A stretch of 64,000 bases of DNA, taken from positions 372,001 to 436,000 of the forward strand of contig MCFH01000041.1 of the NCBI GenBank assembly GCA_002104945.1, read 5' to 3'. Origin of the DNA: Piromyces finnis finn. Taxonomy: Eukaryota > Fungi > Neocallimastigomycota. Position numbers and translations under genes: made by a program. The notes beneath the pieces were generated by a model. The model saw nothing but the letters and a program-made list of their open reading frames with translations. It searched no databases and was not told the DNA's origin. This document shows positions 30,172 to 46,071 of the stretch, piece by piece. Each line of letters begins with the position of its first letter. The stretch's first letter is position 1.

Positions 30172-31751
30172 ATGTCCAAAGTATCAAATTCTAATTCAAC
30201 GTACTTATTATCATCTTCAAATCAACAATTAAATTCGGATTGGCAATCTATTCAAACAATACAACATACTATTCCATTAATATATAATAAAATTTCTATT
30301 TTTCAAAAAGATAATTCAAATATGTTAAAAAATACTTTAATAAATAATTGTATTAGTAACTCACCTCCAAAATCCAAAATGGCCATGCCAGAAAGTAAAT
30401 ATACTATTTTTAAATTTCATTGAAATTTATTTACCAATATAGATAATATAAGCAAAAAAAAATATCTATTATTAATTAATAATATGAGATTTTATATTAT
30501 TTTATATATAATTTAAAAAAAAACTTGCTAATATAATTTTGTTAATATAATGTTGTTATTATTATTATAAAAAAAGAAAAAGTCACCATAAGTGACTATC
30601 AAGTTTTGGATACCCTAGGTAAAGGTTCCTGTGGTTTTGTAAAATTAGCAAGGAGAAAATCAGATGGCAAAAATGTTATTATAAAATATGTAGTCAAATC
30701 TTTAGTATTAGATGGTTGTTGGACACGTGAAGATAATGTTAAAATACCAACTGAAATTCATATTTTAAAATATATTACTGAAAACTTCCCACATCCATAT
30801 GTTTTAAGACTATTAAATACTTGGGAAGATAATTATTATTATTATTTAGAATTTGATTCACAAAACTGTATAGATTTATTTGAATGTATTGATAACAGAC
30901 GTTTTACAACTGAAGCTCAAGTAAAGAAAATCTTTTATCGTATCGTTCAAGGTGTTCAACACCTCCATCATATTAATATTGTTCACCGTGATATTAAGGA
31001 TGAAAATATTCTTATTCGTGATGATGATACAGTTGAAATTATTGATTTTGGTTCAAGTGCTTACGTTAAAGAAGGTAAGAAATTTGATAAATTTTGCGGT
31101 ACTGGTGGTTACGCTGCTCCAGAAGTTCTTTCTGGTCAAAAGTATGATGGTCCACCACAAGATATTTGGTCATTAGGTATTCTTTTATATACTATGATTT
31201 ATGGTAGTAATCCATTCCGTACATTGGATCAAATTATTACAAGTGAAGTTCAATTCCCAGTAATTGTTTCTAGTGGATCCCATGATTTAATGTGTCGTAT
31301 GTTAAATCGTGATTTCCAAAAAAGACCAAATATCGATGAAGTTATAAATCATTCATGGTTTAATGACTTAACCGAAGAAGATAAACAAATACCTAAAAAT
31401 ACGAATATACCTATAGAAAATAGCAATGAAGAAATTGAAAATAATAAAGAAAATGAAATAAAAAAAATAGAAAAGATTGAAATCATTAAAAAAGAAGAAA
31501 TGGATAAAGATAATAGTATATCAAAAGTACATAGTGAGGAAGAAGAAGACATAACAGAAATGGATAATATATCTGTTGAAATTTTAACTCCTATGGAAAA
31601 TGAAAAAGAAATAGAATCAATAAAATTAGAGGAGGATGATAATGAGCTTACTTCAACAACATTAAATGAAGAATTAATAAAAAAATTAGATTTACATTCT
31701 GTAGTTTCTGAAGAATGTGATGTAAGAAGTGATAGTACTTTAGTGGATTAA
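30172..31751 (+). CDS. Ser/Thr protein kinase, CAMK group, PASK/Psk-like catalytic domain; exons 30172-30394 and 30583-31751
   Basis: GKGSCGFV, VIIKYV, HRDIKDEN, DFG, GTGGYAAPE and DIWSLG are present. The VIIKYVVK..V..CW....IPTEIHIL segment resembles PAS kinases. The in-frame splice gives MPE-ITISDYQVLDTLG. Confidence 0.85.
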
Positions 31752-32880
31752 AATTTAAAATTAAATTTCTTGGAAAAATTGTAAAAAAAATTAAAAAAAT
31801 TAATTTTAAATTTGTACCCACCACAAAAGTAGAAAAAATATCAATCCAAATAGAAATAATAAGAAAAAAAGTTCACTTTAAAGGAAAATAAAAGTAAAAC
31901 TAATATATTTCTTTACTTTTATTTTAATTTATATATATCCCCTTTTAAGCTTATTAAAACAAAAATCTTAAAATAACAACTACCTAATTATTATTTAGTA
32001 AATAGAAAATTTTTTAATTTATTTCAGAAATATAAAAATCGAAAAAAAACCAACAAAAAAAAATTATTTATATAGATTATAAATAGTATATAAAGGATAC
32101 ATTAATTTTTATAAAGTATAAAAAAAAAAAAAAAGTAAAAAAAAAATACATAAAAGAAGGAATTTAAAGTAATTATCTTTAAGATTTTATAATTTTTTAA
32201 ACTTTTTTTTTTTTTTTATTTAATAATTAATTTTTTTTTAGAAGAAAAAAATTTAAAAAAAAAAAAAAAAAGAAATGAAAAAAATATTATCAAAATAATC
32301 TTTTAAAATGTCTTTTTCTATTATTAGATAAGGATAAAAAAAAAAGAGAGAGAGATATTTAAATAATATTTTGTAAAAAAAAAAAAAAAGAAAAAAAGAA
32401 AAAAAGAATAAATATAATAATAAATATATATTCTTTAAATTTTTTTTAAACTCTCAAATAATCTTTTATTTATATATATATATATATAATATATTATAAA
32501 AGTTAAAACTTTTAAAATTACAAGAAAAAAAAAAAAAAAAGATAAATATAGAAAAGAAATATATATATATATATTATTAATGTTCTTATTTATGATTATA
32601 AAAAAAAAAAAAAAAAAAAAAAGTTGAAAAATATATATATATATATAAAAAGTTAAAAACAAATGTTAATTCAATTTATAATAAACTTTTAATAATTTAA
32701 ACAAAAGCATATGACTATAATAAAATAAAATACTAAGAGTTTAAAATTTTATATGTAAAAACTTTTTTTTTTCTGTTCATTTAGTTTCTGATAGTTTATA
32801 TTTTGATATAAAATAAATAAAAAGAAAAAAAAGTTTTATTTTTATTTATTAGTGAAAAAAATTAAGAAAATTAAAATAAA

Positions 32881-33417
32881 ATGGCAGCTATACCTGCACC
32901 TTTTGCTGTTTCAGGAGTATATGGAATTCCTTATGTGCTATTGCTGGTAGTGCTATTTATTTATTATATAAATTGAATGAAAATGGTATGTCTAATATTG
33001 AATACTTCCCTGAAGTAAAGCATATAAAATTTGATGAAGGATATACTGGTATAGATGATGATGACCTTGATACAATGATTGATTGATAAAATAGAAGAAA
33101 TAGAAATGAATACTGAAGAATATAAGGCTGTGAAAGATGGTCTTAATATTCTTTTTAACAATGAAAAGAATAAAGCTTTAGATGAAATACCAAATTCTAT
33201 AAAAAGTAAGGATGGGAAAGGTGTTGATTTAGAAGAATTTGATGAAAAAGTTGAAAAAACAAAAAGGAAAAATAAAAAAACAGGATGGTATATCGAAAAG
33301 GATAAAGGAGCATCTGTTAATAAACAGGCTCATGGTGGAAGTCAATATAAATTATTTAATTTTAAAGGCCAAAGAATTGCAACCCTTTCTGCCGATGGAA
33401 AAGTCTTAAGAAAATAA
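32881..33417 (+). pseudogene. Intronless, doubly frameshifted gene ending in a bacterial polymorphic-toxin-like (Ntox21/colicin E3-like) nuclease domain
   Basis: The C-terminus GWYIEKD...HGGSQYKLFNFKGQRIATLSADGKVLRK resembles bacterial toxin tips. Restoring 1 nt near 32936 and removing one TGAT at 33076-33087 gives a continuous ORF of about 178 aa from ATG 32881. Confidence 0.7.
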
Positions 33418-33585
33418 ATAAATATATATATATATAAAATTTGTTGAAATGAAATAAAAAAAAAAATTTTTTTTTTAAATATTGAAAATAAAATAAATAA
33501 AATTAAATTTAAAATGAAAATAAAAAAAAAAAAAAATGAATAATATATATTTTATTTTATTTTTTATTTTATTTAATGGTATTTT

Positions 33586-33634
<49 letters not shown>

Positions 33635-33668
33635 TTATTTATTTATTTATTTATTTATTTAATTATTT

Positions 33669-33721
<53 letters not shown>

Positions 33722-33785
33722 TTCACTTTTAATTTATCTTTTAAAATTTTTGATTCACCACTCTTTCGCTTAAAAAAATTTTTTT

Positions 33786-36160
<2,375 letters not shown>

Positions 36161-37131
36161 AGTCTTTACTCAATTTTTTTTTTTTAAAAAAAATAATTAA
36201 AATAAAAATATAAATATAATAATATTTTGAAAGAGGTTATATTATACAAAATATATATAATTTTTGGAAACTTTTTTTTTTTACTTGATACATTATTTTA
36301 TTATTGATTAATTTTTGTATACAATGAAAAGGGAAAATTCGACGACTTTTCATCATTTGAATTTGCATTTTTTTTTTTTTTTAAAATAAAAGAATGGGAA
36401 TATGGAAATAAGAAATAAAAATAAAATAAAATGGAAATTTTTATTTTAACCTACACACAAAAAATAAAAGCTTTTTTTTTAATATGCGTTTCTATTATTT
36501 AATATGATTATTCCTATTTTTAATTGTCTCTTAATAAATTTGTTGGCTAAAGGGCTTTTTTTTTTTTTTTTTTTTTAGCTTTTCAATAAGACATCAATTT
36601 TAAAAGAAAAAATAAAAAATGATAAAAATAAAAACGGTAAATGAAGAGTAAAATGAAATTGGATAAAGAAAAAATTATTACTTTCTTTTTTTTTTTTTTT
36701 CTTACATATTAAAATATTTTATTTTAATAATAAAATTGATACAAATGACAAAATAAAACAGTTAAAAATCGAAATATATATATATATTAATATCTATGAT
36801 GGTATTAGCAGGTATACTTTAGATATTACTATAAAAAAATAAGAATAAAATAATGAAATAAAAAAAAATATAATAAATAATATTCATATTCAGAAAATCC
36901 TTTTTATATTTCCTATATTTCATAGTCTTAATTATAATCCTATTGATATTATGATAAAATAAATTAGTAATTCTCTCTATCCTATGTATATTATAATAAT
37001 TTTATTTTATTTTTCATTTTTCCTTATTTAAGTTTTAAATTAATGGAAATCCTAATGGTCGTAGTGATGAATTATAATCTTCACTATTGAAATTAATGTT
37101 TTTTTTTTTTTGTTTGTTTGTTTTTATGATT

Positions 37132-38766
37132 TTAAATTAATGGAGGGCCTAATGGTGGTGGTGAATTATAACCTTCATTATTGGAATCATTCATATTATT
37201 GTTATTATTACTATTATTGCTATTCATAGGTACACTACCATAGATATTATTAACTCCCATACGATTACCATTCATACTGCCCATTAAATTATTATTCATT
37301 CCGTTCATTGGGTTTCCATTTAATTTTTGACGTTTAATCATTCCATTATTACCATTATTCATGGCATCATTATTATTCATATTATTATTACCACGATAGT
37401 TTCTTATATCATTCATGTCAAAACGATTCCGATTATTCATCATCATTAAATGTTCATTTCGATTAGGTGTAAATTCACTATAATTAACTTGTGGTCTTCC
37501 AGGAATAATAGGTGGTTGTATATTATTGACTTGACGTTGATCTGGACGATCAACATAGTTTGGATAATAGGATGGTTGTGATGAGGATCTTAAATTATCT
37601 CTATCCATCGGTTTATCAAAATCACGATGTGGTCTAATTTTAAATTTACTAGTAATACTACGAGCATTTTCTTGAGCTTTAGCCATTTGTGGTGGCATCC
37701 AGTGTTTAATAGGTACTTCACTCATTCTTGGTTTCTATATATTTAGAAAAAAATAAAATATATATATTGATATATTGATTACAAATTAAGCAATTTAATA
37801 GTTTTAATAATATATATAAAAATATAAATGATATAAATGATAATAAATGATAGTAGTAATAATACTATTAATAATAGCTAATATTATAATTACCAAACTT
37901 TCTGAATTCCCTGATTCATCTTGTACCCATTCCATATGACTCATATTTGGGTATTCTGAAAATACCATCATATCTCTTTTTGTAAGAATATTTATATAAA
38001 ATTCCCAATAGTTATAAAAATAATAAAATAATAAAATTTAAAAAAAATAAATATATATATACATTTTAAAATTAGTTTGTTTTTTTTTTAATAATTGAAA
38101 TATATAATGAAATTTAATTTTAAATATTTAAATTTATAAAATAAATAATTACTCTCCAAGTCTTCTCACTTTACTGTTTTCTAATACAATTAATTGTAAA
38201 TAATTCCAATATAATTTTGTCGTTCTTTAAATAAATAGAAAAAAATGTATATACATACATATTTTAGTATATTTTATTTTATATTTTATATATTACTCAT
38301 GCCATAAGACAAAATATCAAAATAATACTTACACATTTTCTAAGCGTAGTACATCACCCTTATTAATATTTCTTGCACTGTCACCAAAATATGCCATTAC
38401 TACGCTTGCTGTTTTATCTGCAACATATAATGAATAAATTGGGGTCTTTAATTTACTTATAACGTAGTCTTCATCTTTATATAAGATGAATTGCATAAAA
38501 AAAAGAAGAAGAACGATATTTATAAAGTACATAATATAAATTAGAATCGGATTTCAAAAATAATAAATTTACCAAAAAAAAAAAAAAAAAGCATAAAATA
38601 AAAAGAAGAATTTACCTTTTTCTAATACAATAACTTCTAAACGAGATATTCTCATTTTAGGTACTAATTGTGAAATAGTTACAGATGAAGTATTTTTACC
38701 AAATGGGAATGTATATTGATGTGGAATTACACTTCCTCCCATTCTATTAGGTTTTTGTAAATTCAT
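37132..38766 (-). CDS. SOSS complex subunit B / NABP (hSSB1-like) single OB-fold ssDNA-binding protein with N/M-rich tail, multi-exon
   Basis: VTISQLVPKMRISRLEVIVLEK...LYVADKTASV...INKGDVLRL...LQLIV....RRLGE|DMMVFSEYPNMS matches the hSSB1 pattern (IVLE..VADKTGSI..PGDIIRL..IGEFCMVYSEVPNFS). Confidence 0.85.
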
Positions 38767-39336
38767 CTTTTTATATTATATTAAATTATAAAATTATTTA
38801 AAAAAAAAAAATGATAATGATAATAAACAGATATTTATTTATATATATTATATTCTGTTTATCTATAGTGAGAGGCGATAAATAATAAAAATACAAAATA
38901 TTAAAAATGAATAATAATATTTTTTATGGAAATAAAAAAACTTTAAACTACAGAAATTAACTTTTATCTTTTTTTTTTTTTTTTTTTGTATTATATTAAT
39001 TTGAATGTATTTTATTTAAAAAAGAGAGTAGTAATAATATTTATTTAAAATAAATAAAAAAAAAAAAAAAACTGGACTTTTAAAATAATTTTAATCAAAA
39101 AAAAAAAAAACTTAAATCATATATAAATTTAATTATATTAATAGTTAACAATTTTATTTAGACAAATATATAGTAAATCAATGCATTTAGAATACTTTGT
39201 ATTTAAAGTGTTTGATATAAATAATATTTAAAGTTAATCTTATAAAAAAATAAGATTTTGATATTTTATAATCAATGTGTAACTATTCTTTATAAAAACA
39301 AAAAACTTTGAAATTCAACTTTTTATTTATATTAAC

Positions 39337-39373
<37 letters not shown>

Positions 39374-40690
39374 GATTAATTAATTAATTAATAATAAAAA
39401 GATATTTAATCAATTTAAATTTAATAATATCATATATACATATTTTTATTCACTACGCATGATAATAACATGTGATAACCATCACTTGAATTATTTCTTT
39501 AGCTATTCATTTATTTTTTTCCATTTAAATTATCATTAATATTAAATTCAATTAAAGTTATTTACACATTAAACTTTTATTCACTAAATAATTAAAGTTT
39601 TTCATTTTTCAATAGATAATGATATGCATAATTTCGAAATAGATAAAACAATAAAAAGTATATATTCTAATAATCTAATAAATATTAATTTTCAAAGTAT
39701 CTTTTTTTCTTTTTATAAATTAAAAAAAAATATTATGATAATTAAAAGAAATCCTTTTCCATATGAAATTTATTTAAAACAATCATTTATAAATTATAGA
39801 ACAAAAAAAGAAAATATAATGAAAAAAAAAAAATAATATTCAATATTTGTTAATTTTCTTTTAAAGAAATAATATAATCACATAAAAAAAAGTTTTTATA
39901 ATAATAAGATTTCAGTATTAAAGTTATTATACAACTTTTCAAAAAAAAAAATTAATTTTAGAAATTAATTAATAATAATTATAATTTAGAATTTGCCTTT
40001 TGTTAATTTTTTGAGTAGAATTTTTTTTTTTCCTATATTTCCTATATGGAATAAAAATATTTTATTTGCAGAATCCTATAAATATATATCTATAATCTAA
40101 GTAAATAAAATAATATTTTAAAAGAAAATTGTATTTATATACTGTAGCTGTAGTGATTATTGTGATAATATAAAAATGAATATATATTCTAATTACACTA
40201 CAATAATATGAAAAAAAAGTAATTATTATTTAACATTTAATATTAAAAGCTTCTCTATATTTATCTAGATGACTAGATGATAACGAATTTTCCCTATTAA
40301 ATATCTTCCTCTTCTTTTTTTTTTTTTTTTTTTATTATACATATTTTATAAAATTTCTTTTTAAAAATATAAAGTAAATAAAATGTGAAAGGAAATTTAA
40401 TAAAAATTTTAAAATTTAAAAGCTAATAATATTTATAACTTTTTAGTTTACATGTTTTTACTTTTGTTTTTGTTTTTTTTTTTTTAAACTTTAATAAATA
40501 GAAATCAATTCACAACTCTCTTATATAATAATAAAATCAATGAAATATTTAAATTTAAATAAATGTTAAAATTTTTAATTCATTTTTTTTCTTATTCTTC
40601 TTTTTAAATCATTTTAAAAAAGAAAAAAAAAAAAGATTAATATTTGATACAACTTATCATTAAAAATATAATAATAATTAAATAACGAAA

Positions 40691-41387
40691 ATGGGATGCG
40701 GTGCATCAAAAAGTAATTATTAAGCAACATTTTATTATCATATATAAAACTATATTGTATTACAAATTATTATATTTTATCATTTATATACTATTATTTT
40801 TTTTTTAACTATTCCCAATAAAAAATAAATAATAAAATTATTTCCTATTCTTTTATCTATATAAAGATAGTGAAACAGTTACTTCAACTGATAGAGGAAT
40901 TAAATTTAATGGAAAAGTAAAAAAGGGCCCAAATGGAAAAAATAATAAAAATGGAAATTCAGGAAAAGATGAACTGAAATGTTGTCATAAAGGACCATTA
41001 ACAAAGGATGAATATTCAGCACATAAAGAAAAACCCGGCCATCCACCAAAGGGTAAGAAAGGTGACTTCCCACATCCACCAAAGGATGAGAATGGTGAAT
41101 TACCACCACCACCAAAGGATGAAAATGGTGAATTACCACCACCACCAAAGGATGAAAATGGTGAATTACCACCACCACCACCAATGGGTGAAGATGGTGA
41201 ATTACCACCACCACCACCAATGGGTGAAGATGGTGAATTACCACCACCACCACCAAAGGATGAAGACGGTGAATTACCACCTCCTCCAAAGGTTGAGGAC
41301 GGTGAATTACCACCACCACCAAAGGCTGAAGAAGGTGAAGAAGCTCCAGCTGAAGCTTCAGCACCTGAAGGAGAAAATGCCGAATAA
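40691..41387 (+). CDS. Putative N-myristoylated/palmitoylated protein (MGCGASK) with tandem acidic ELPPPP repeats; exons 40691-40712 and 40867-41387
   Basis: The 22-nt first exon splices (phase 1) in frame into the track ORF 41184..41387. The repeats read KDENGELPPPP / MGEDGELPPPPP. Confidence 0.75.
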
Positions 41388-42405
41388 TCATAGGAAAATA
41401 ATTAAAACATTATTTAATCTTTATATAGATAAAAATTCAACATTTACAATTTATTTTTAAATTTTTTTTTAAAAAAAAAAAGAGTATTTTAAAAACAAGT
41501 ATTTTACAATAATTATCATTTCAAAAAATATTTAACTATTACATTAATAAATAAATAAATAACAAAATTAATATATAAAATAAATGCTTATAATTTTTTG
41601 AAATATAGTGTCAAAAAAGAATTTTTTATATTTATATAGAATAATTTTGAAAAAAAAAAAAAAACAGCTTGAAATATATTTTATTTTTCTATTTATTATA
41701 GCAAGGATTTCTAATATACTCTCTAAAAATTAAATGTTTTTATAAAAAAAATTACTAAACTATATTTTTTATATTCTTTATATTAATACTTCTGATATTT
41801 ATAAGCTTAAAAAAAAGTATATAATTATCAAACTTATTTATTTTCATTTATAAAAAAAAGAATATCAAATTATTTATATGAAGAATGGTTTGAAATGCTA
41901 ATAATTTTAATGATGAAATTATATAAATATTATTCATACTCTAAAATAGATAGATTCATTCAGATTTTTACATTTTTTTGTTATAAATTGTTATAATACT
42001 ATTGATACAATTCAAAGAATTATAATAGAATACAATTAATGTATCCAGTTTATTTTTATTACTATTAGTCAATATTAAAAAAATAAATGAAGTAATAAAT
42101 TAGATATATTTTTAAACATAGGATTTATAAAATAATTTTTTTCTTAGCAAAACTGTTAATTTTATACATGTATTGGTTATTAATATCCTTATTTTCTCAA
42201 AAACTTTCTCCAAATTTTTTACAATTACATATATAAATTTCTTTTTTTTTTTTTTGTTTTTTTTTTTTTTTTATAACTTTATAATTTATTAATATAATTA
42301 TTATATCAATATTGTAATTATATATATATATTTTTAACATATATACATATATAAGAAGAAATAAATCTATATTCTATATTATTTTAAAAAATAAAATAAA
42401 ATAAA

Positions 42406-43088
42406 ATGGGTTGTGGAGCTTCAAAACGTAAATAATTATTGAAAAACAATAATATAATTATATATTTAATAGATATAGCTAAATTAAACATTTTATAATA
42501 TATTTCATATAAATATTTATATATATATATAATATTTAATTGCATAAAGAAAATGAAGATGTTGTAAACGAAGTTACAACAGATGCTGTTGATGAAATTA
42601 CTAATACCTCACAGAATGCTACTAGTAATACCGAAAGTAAAAACAATAATACTTCCGATAATGATATTACATACTTAACACAAAATTCTTCAGGAGAAGA
42701 AACAAACGATACAAATAATTATAATAATGAAAATATTATTACCGAGACTATCAATGAAGAAGACCACCTTTCATCTGGAAACAATTGTGAAAATGAGTAT
42801 AGTAACCCGGGAAAACCTGATAATAGTTATGGTAATTCAGGAAAACCTGGAAACAGTTATGGTAATTCAGGAAAACCTGGAAACAGTTATGGTAATTCAG
42901 GAAAACCCGGTAATAGTTATGGTAATTCAGGAAAACCTGGCAATGGGAAAAGTAATAATGGTCCTTCAAATAATTTATTCTCTGGTGGTTTCGATTATAA
43001 TAAAGTAAACTATGGAGATATTGATAATATGAATTCTCACTTTAACAATTTTCACTCATCCGGTAGAACTGGTTCCCACAGACCATAA
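42406..43088 (+). CDS. Putative lipid-anchored low-complexity protein (MGCGASK) with GKPGNSYGNS repeats; exons 42406-42427 and 42550-43088
   Basis: The same 22-nt micro-exon with a phase-1 intron splices in frame into ORF 42540..43088. Confidence 0.75.
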
Positions 43089-43365
43089 TACGATATATGA
43101 TAGCACAAAAAGATGAAAAACCTCTTAATAAATATAAATTAATTTTTAAAAGTTACATCATTGTATAATTTTCAAAATAAATTGTTAACAAAAATATAAA
43201 CTATAGATATTAAAATTATATTTTAAACTAAAAGTATAATAAATAAAAAATTTTATATTTAAATTAAATTTTTATATTATACTTTTCAAATAAAAAAATA
43301 TTTATATAATATTTAATAACAATTTTTATTATTCTCTAGTCTTATATACATATATTGTTATTTAA

Positions 43366-43690
<325 letters not shown>

Positions 43691-43934
43691 TAGAAAAAAT
43701 TTATATTATAAAATTATAAAAATTTTTAATAAACAAATTTAAATCTTATTTATAATAAATAAATTAGTTGTTATTTAAAAATCCTAAAGATTTATATAAA
43801 TTTTAATTATTTTAAGCATAATTATATAAGAAAAATTAAAAAGAAAAAAAAAGCATTATTATTATTATTAATTTATAATAATAATAATATTAATTTTATA
43901 ATAAGAAGAAAATATATAATGAAAATTGATTAAA

Positions 43935-45202
43935 ATGGGATGCGGAGCATCAAAGAGTAATTAATATGTTTAAATAAATAGTGTTAATTATATTTTTAGT
44001 TATAAATGTTATCTTTAAAACTACATCTATATGATATATTAAACAGTTATTTATAAATTTAATATTAATAATTATTCCTACTTTACTACCTATATTATAA
44101 CTATATATTTTTTATTTTTTTTATTTCTTAATAAAAAAAAATAATAATATTAAAAAAATTCAAATAAAAAAAAAAAGATGTTAATCCAGATAATACTAAT
44201 AATACCAATAAACCTCAAGATAATCAAACTACGGCTAAAAAAGAAATATTAGAATCAAAAGTAAAAAAAGCACCAAAAGAAAAAATTAATACAAATACAA
44301 ATAAAAACGTTGATACTAAAAATAGTAATCAAATTATTAATAAAAATTTATGTAAACCAAAAATAGAAATTAAAAATTCAGATTCTACAACAATAATCCA
44401 AACAGAGTTTGAACCCGCCACGATTGTAAATAATACTACAGAGAGTTCGAAAAAATCAATGATTGAAAAAAATCCCAGACTACCAACATCATCAAATGAA
44501 AAAATAGTGGAAAATTTATCATCCCCTCAAGAAAAATCAGAAATACCCCCTTCAAAAAATGAATTAGCAGTTCCACCAACAATGAAAAATTTTGAAAAAT
44601 CTTCTAGCAGTATACAAATTGATAATAATGTAGACTTTACCGTAATAAAAATGGAAAAAAATGATGATACCAATAGTAAAGCTTCTTCTAAAAAAAAGGA
44701 AAAAAAACAAAATAAAAATAAAAATAAAATAAATGATGATTTAGAAATACAAAATGTTGATGAAGAACAATTAGAAGGAAATCTATTACTTGCACAAAAG
44801 CCATTAGATTTTAAAGCAGATTATTATAACATGAATCAAGAATTAACAAATAAAAATAGTAATAATGATGATAATTCAGTAGATAGGAAAACAGAGGAAG
44901 ATGAAGATGATGAAGATGATCCAAATGAACCAAAAGTTATCACTAATTCATTTTTTACAGAAAATGAAAATCCCACCTCAAAGAAAAAGAATAAATTTTT
45001 CAGAAGTAATAGTAAAGCTAAAAAAAAGAATGATATTGTTGTGATAAAAAGTAATTCACTAGTAAATTCTCAACATAATTCAACAAATTCTCTTGACTGT
45101 GATATAAATGAAATGTCAAAGCATGGAAAACCCAATAGAAATAATAATAGTATGAATAATAACGATGAAAATATAAGTACGCATCCTTTTTCTGTTATAT
45201 AA
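43935..45202 (+). CDS. Putative lipid-anchored K/N/E-rich protein (MGCGASK); exons 43935-43956 and 44178-45202
   Basis: The same micro-exon and phase. The frame is open from 44178 into ORF 44459..45202. Confidence 0.75.
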
Positions 45203-45632
45203 ATATTGTTATCATAATATAAATAATCTCACATAGAATATATTATTTTAAATAAGAATAGTATTAAAATAAAAATAAAAAATAAAAACAAATTATACCT
45301 GTATATAATATAGTATAATATAATACATATATATATATTTTAATTTTTTCATAAATTTAAAAAATATAAAATAAAAACAGAATAGTATATATATACAATA
45401 GTTACAATTAAAAATCATCTATTTTTATACTTTTAAAGATAATAAGAATAATAATTAAATAGTAAATGATTTTGAAATATCATTATATTATAAATACTTT
45501 TTTTTTTTAATTCTATAAAAAAAATATGCTAAATAATATTAATATTAAATACATAAAAAATAAAGAATATTTATAAATATAAAATTATATACTTTAAAAA
45601 AAATGAAAATACTTTGTAAATTATAAAACTCC

Positions 45633-45923
<291 letters not shown>

Positions 45924-46071
45924 TTTGAATGGTAGTAAATAAGTTAAAGTTGTTATTATTAATTTAATAAAAAAAAAATTTTTTTTAAAAAATTAAACTA
46001 TGAAAAAAAAAAGAAATTGAAATAAACTGAATACAAGCAAATGAATAAAAAATGAGTACAATATATTCTAT

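Noticed and set aside
40906-41460. Alternative-frame ORFs (poly-His/Val) over the ELPPPP repeats, and antisense ORFs within CHS, the LINEs and hydA
   Set aside because: These are shadows of real coding sequence or repeats; the spliced frame explains the region.
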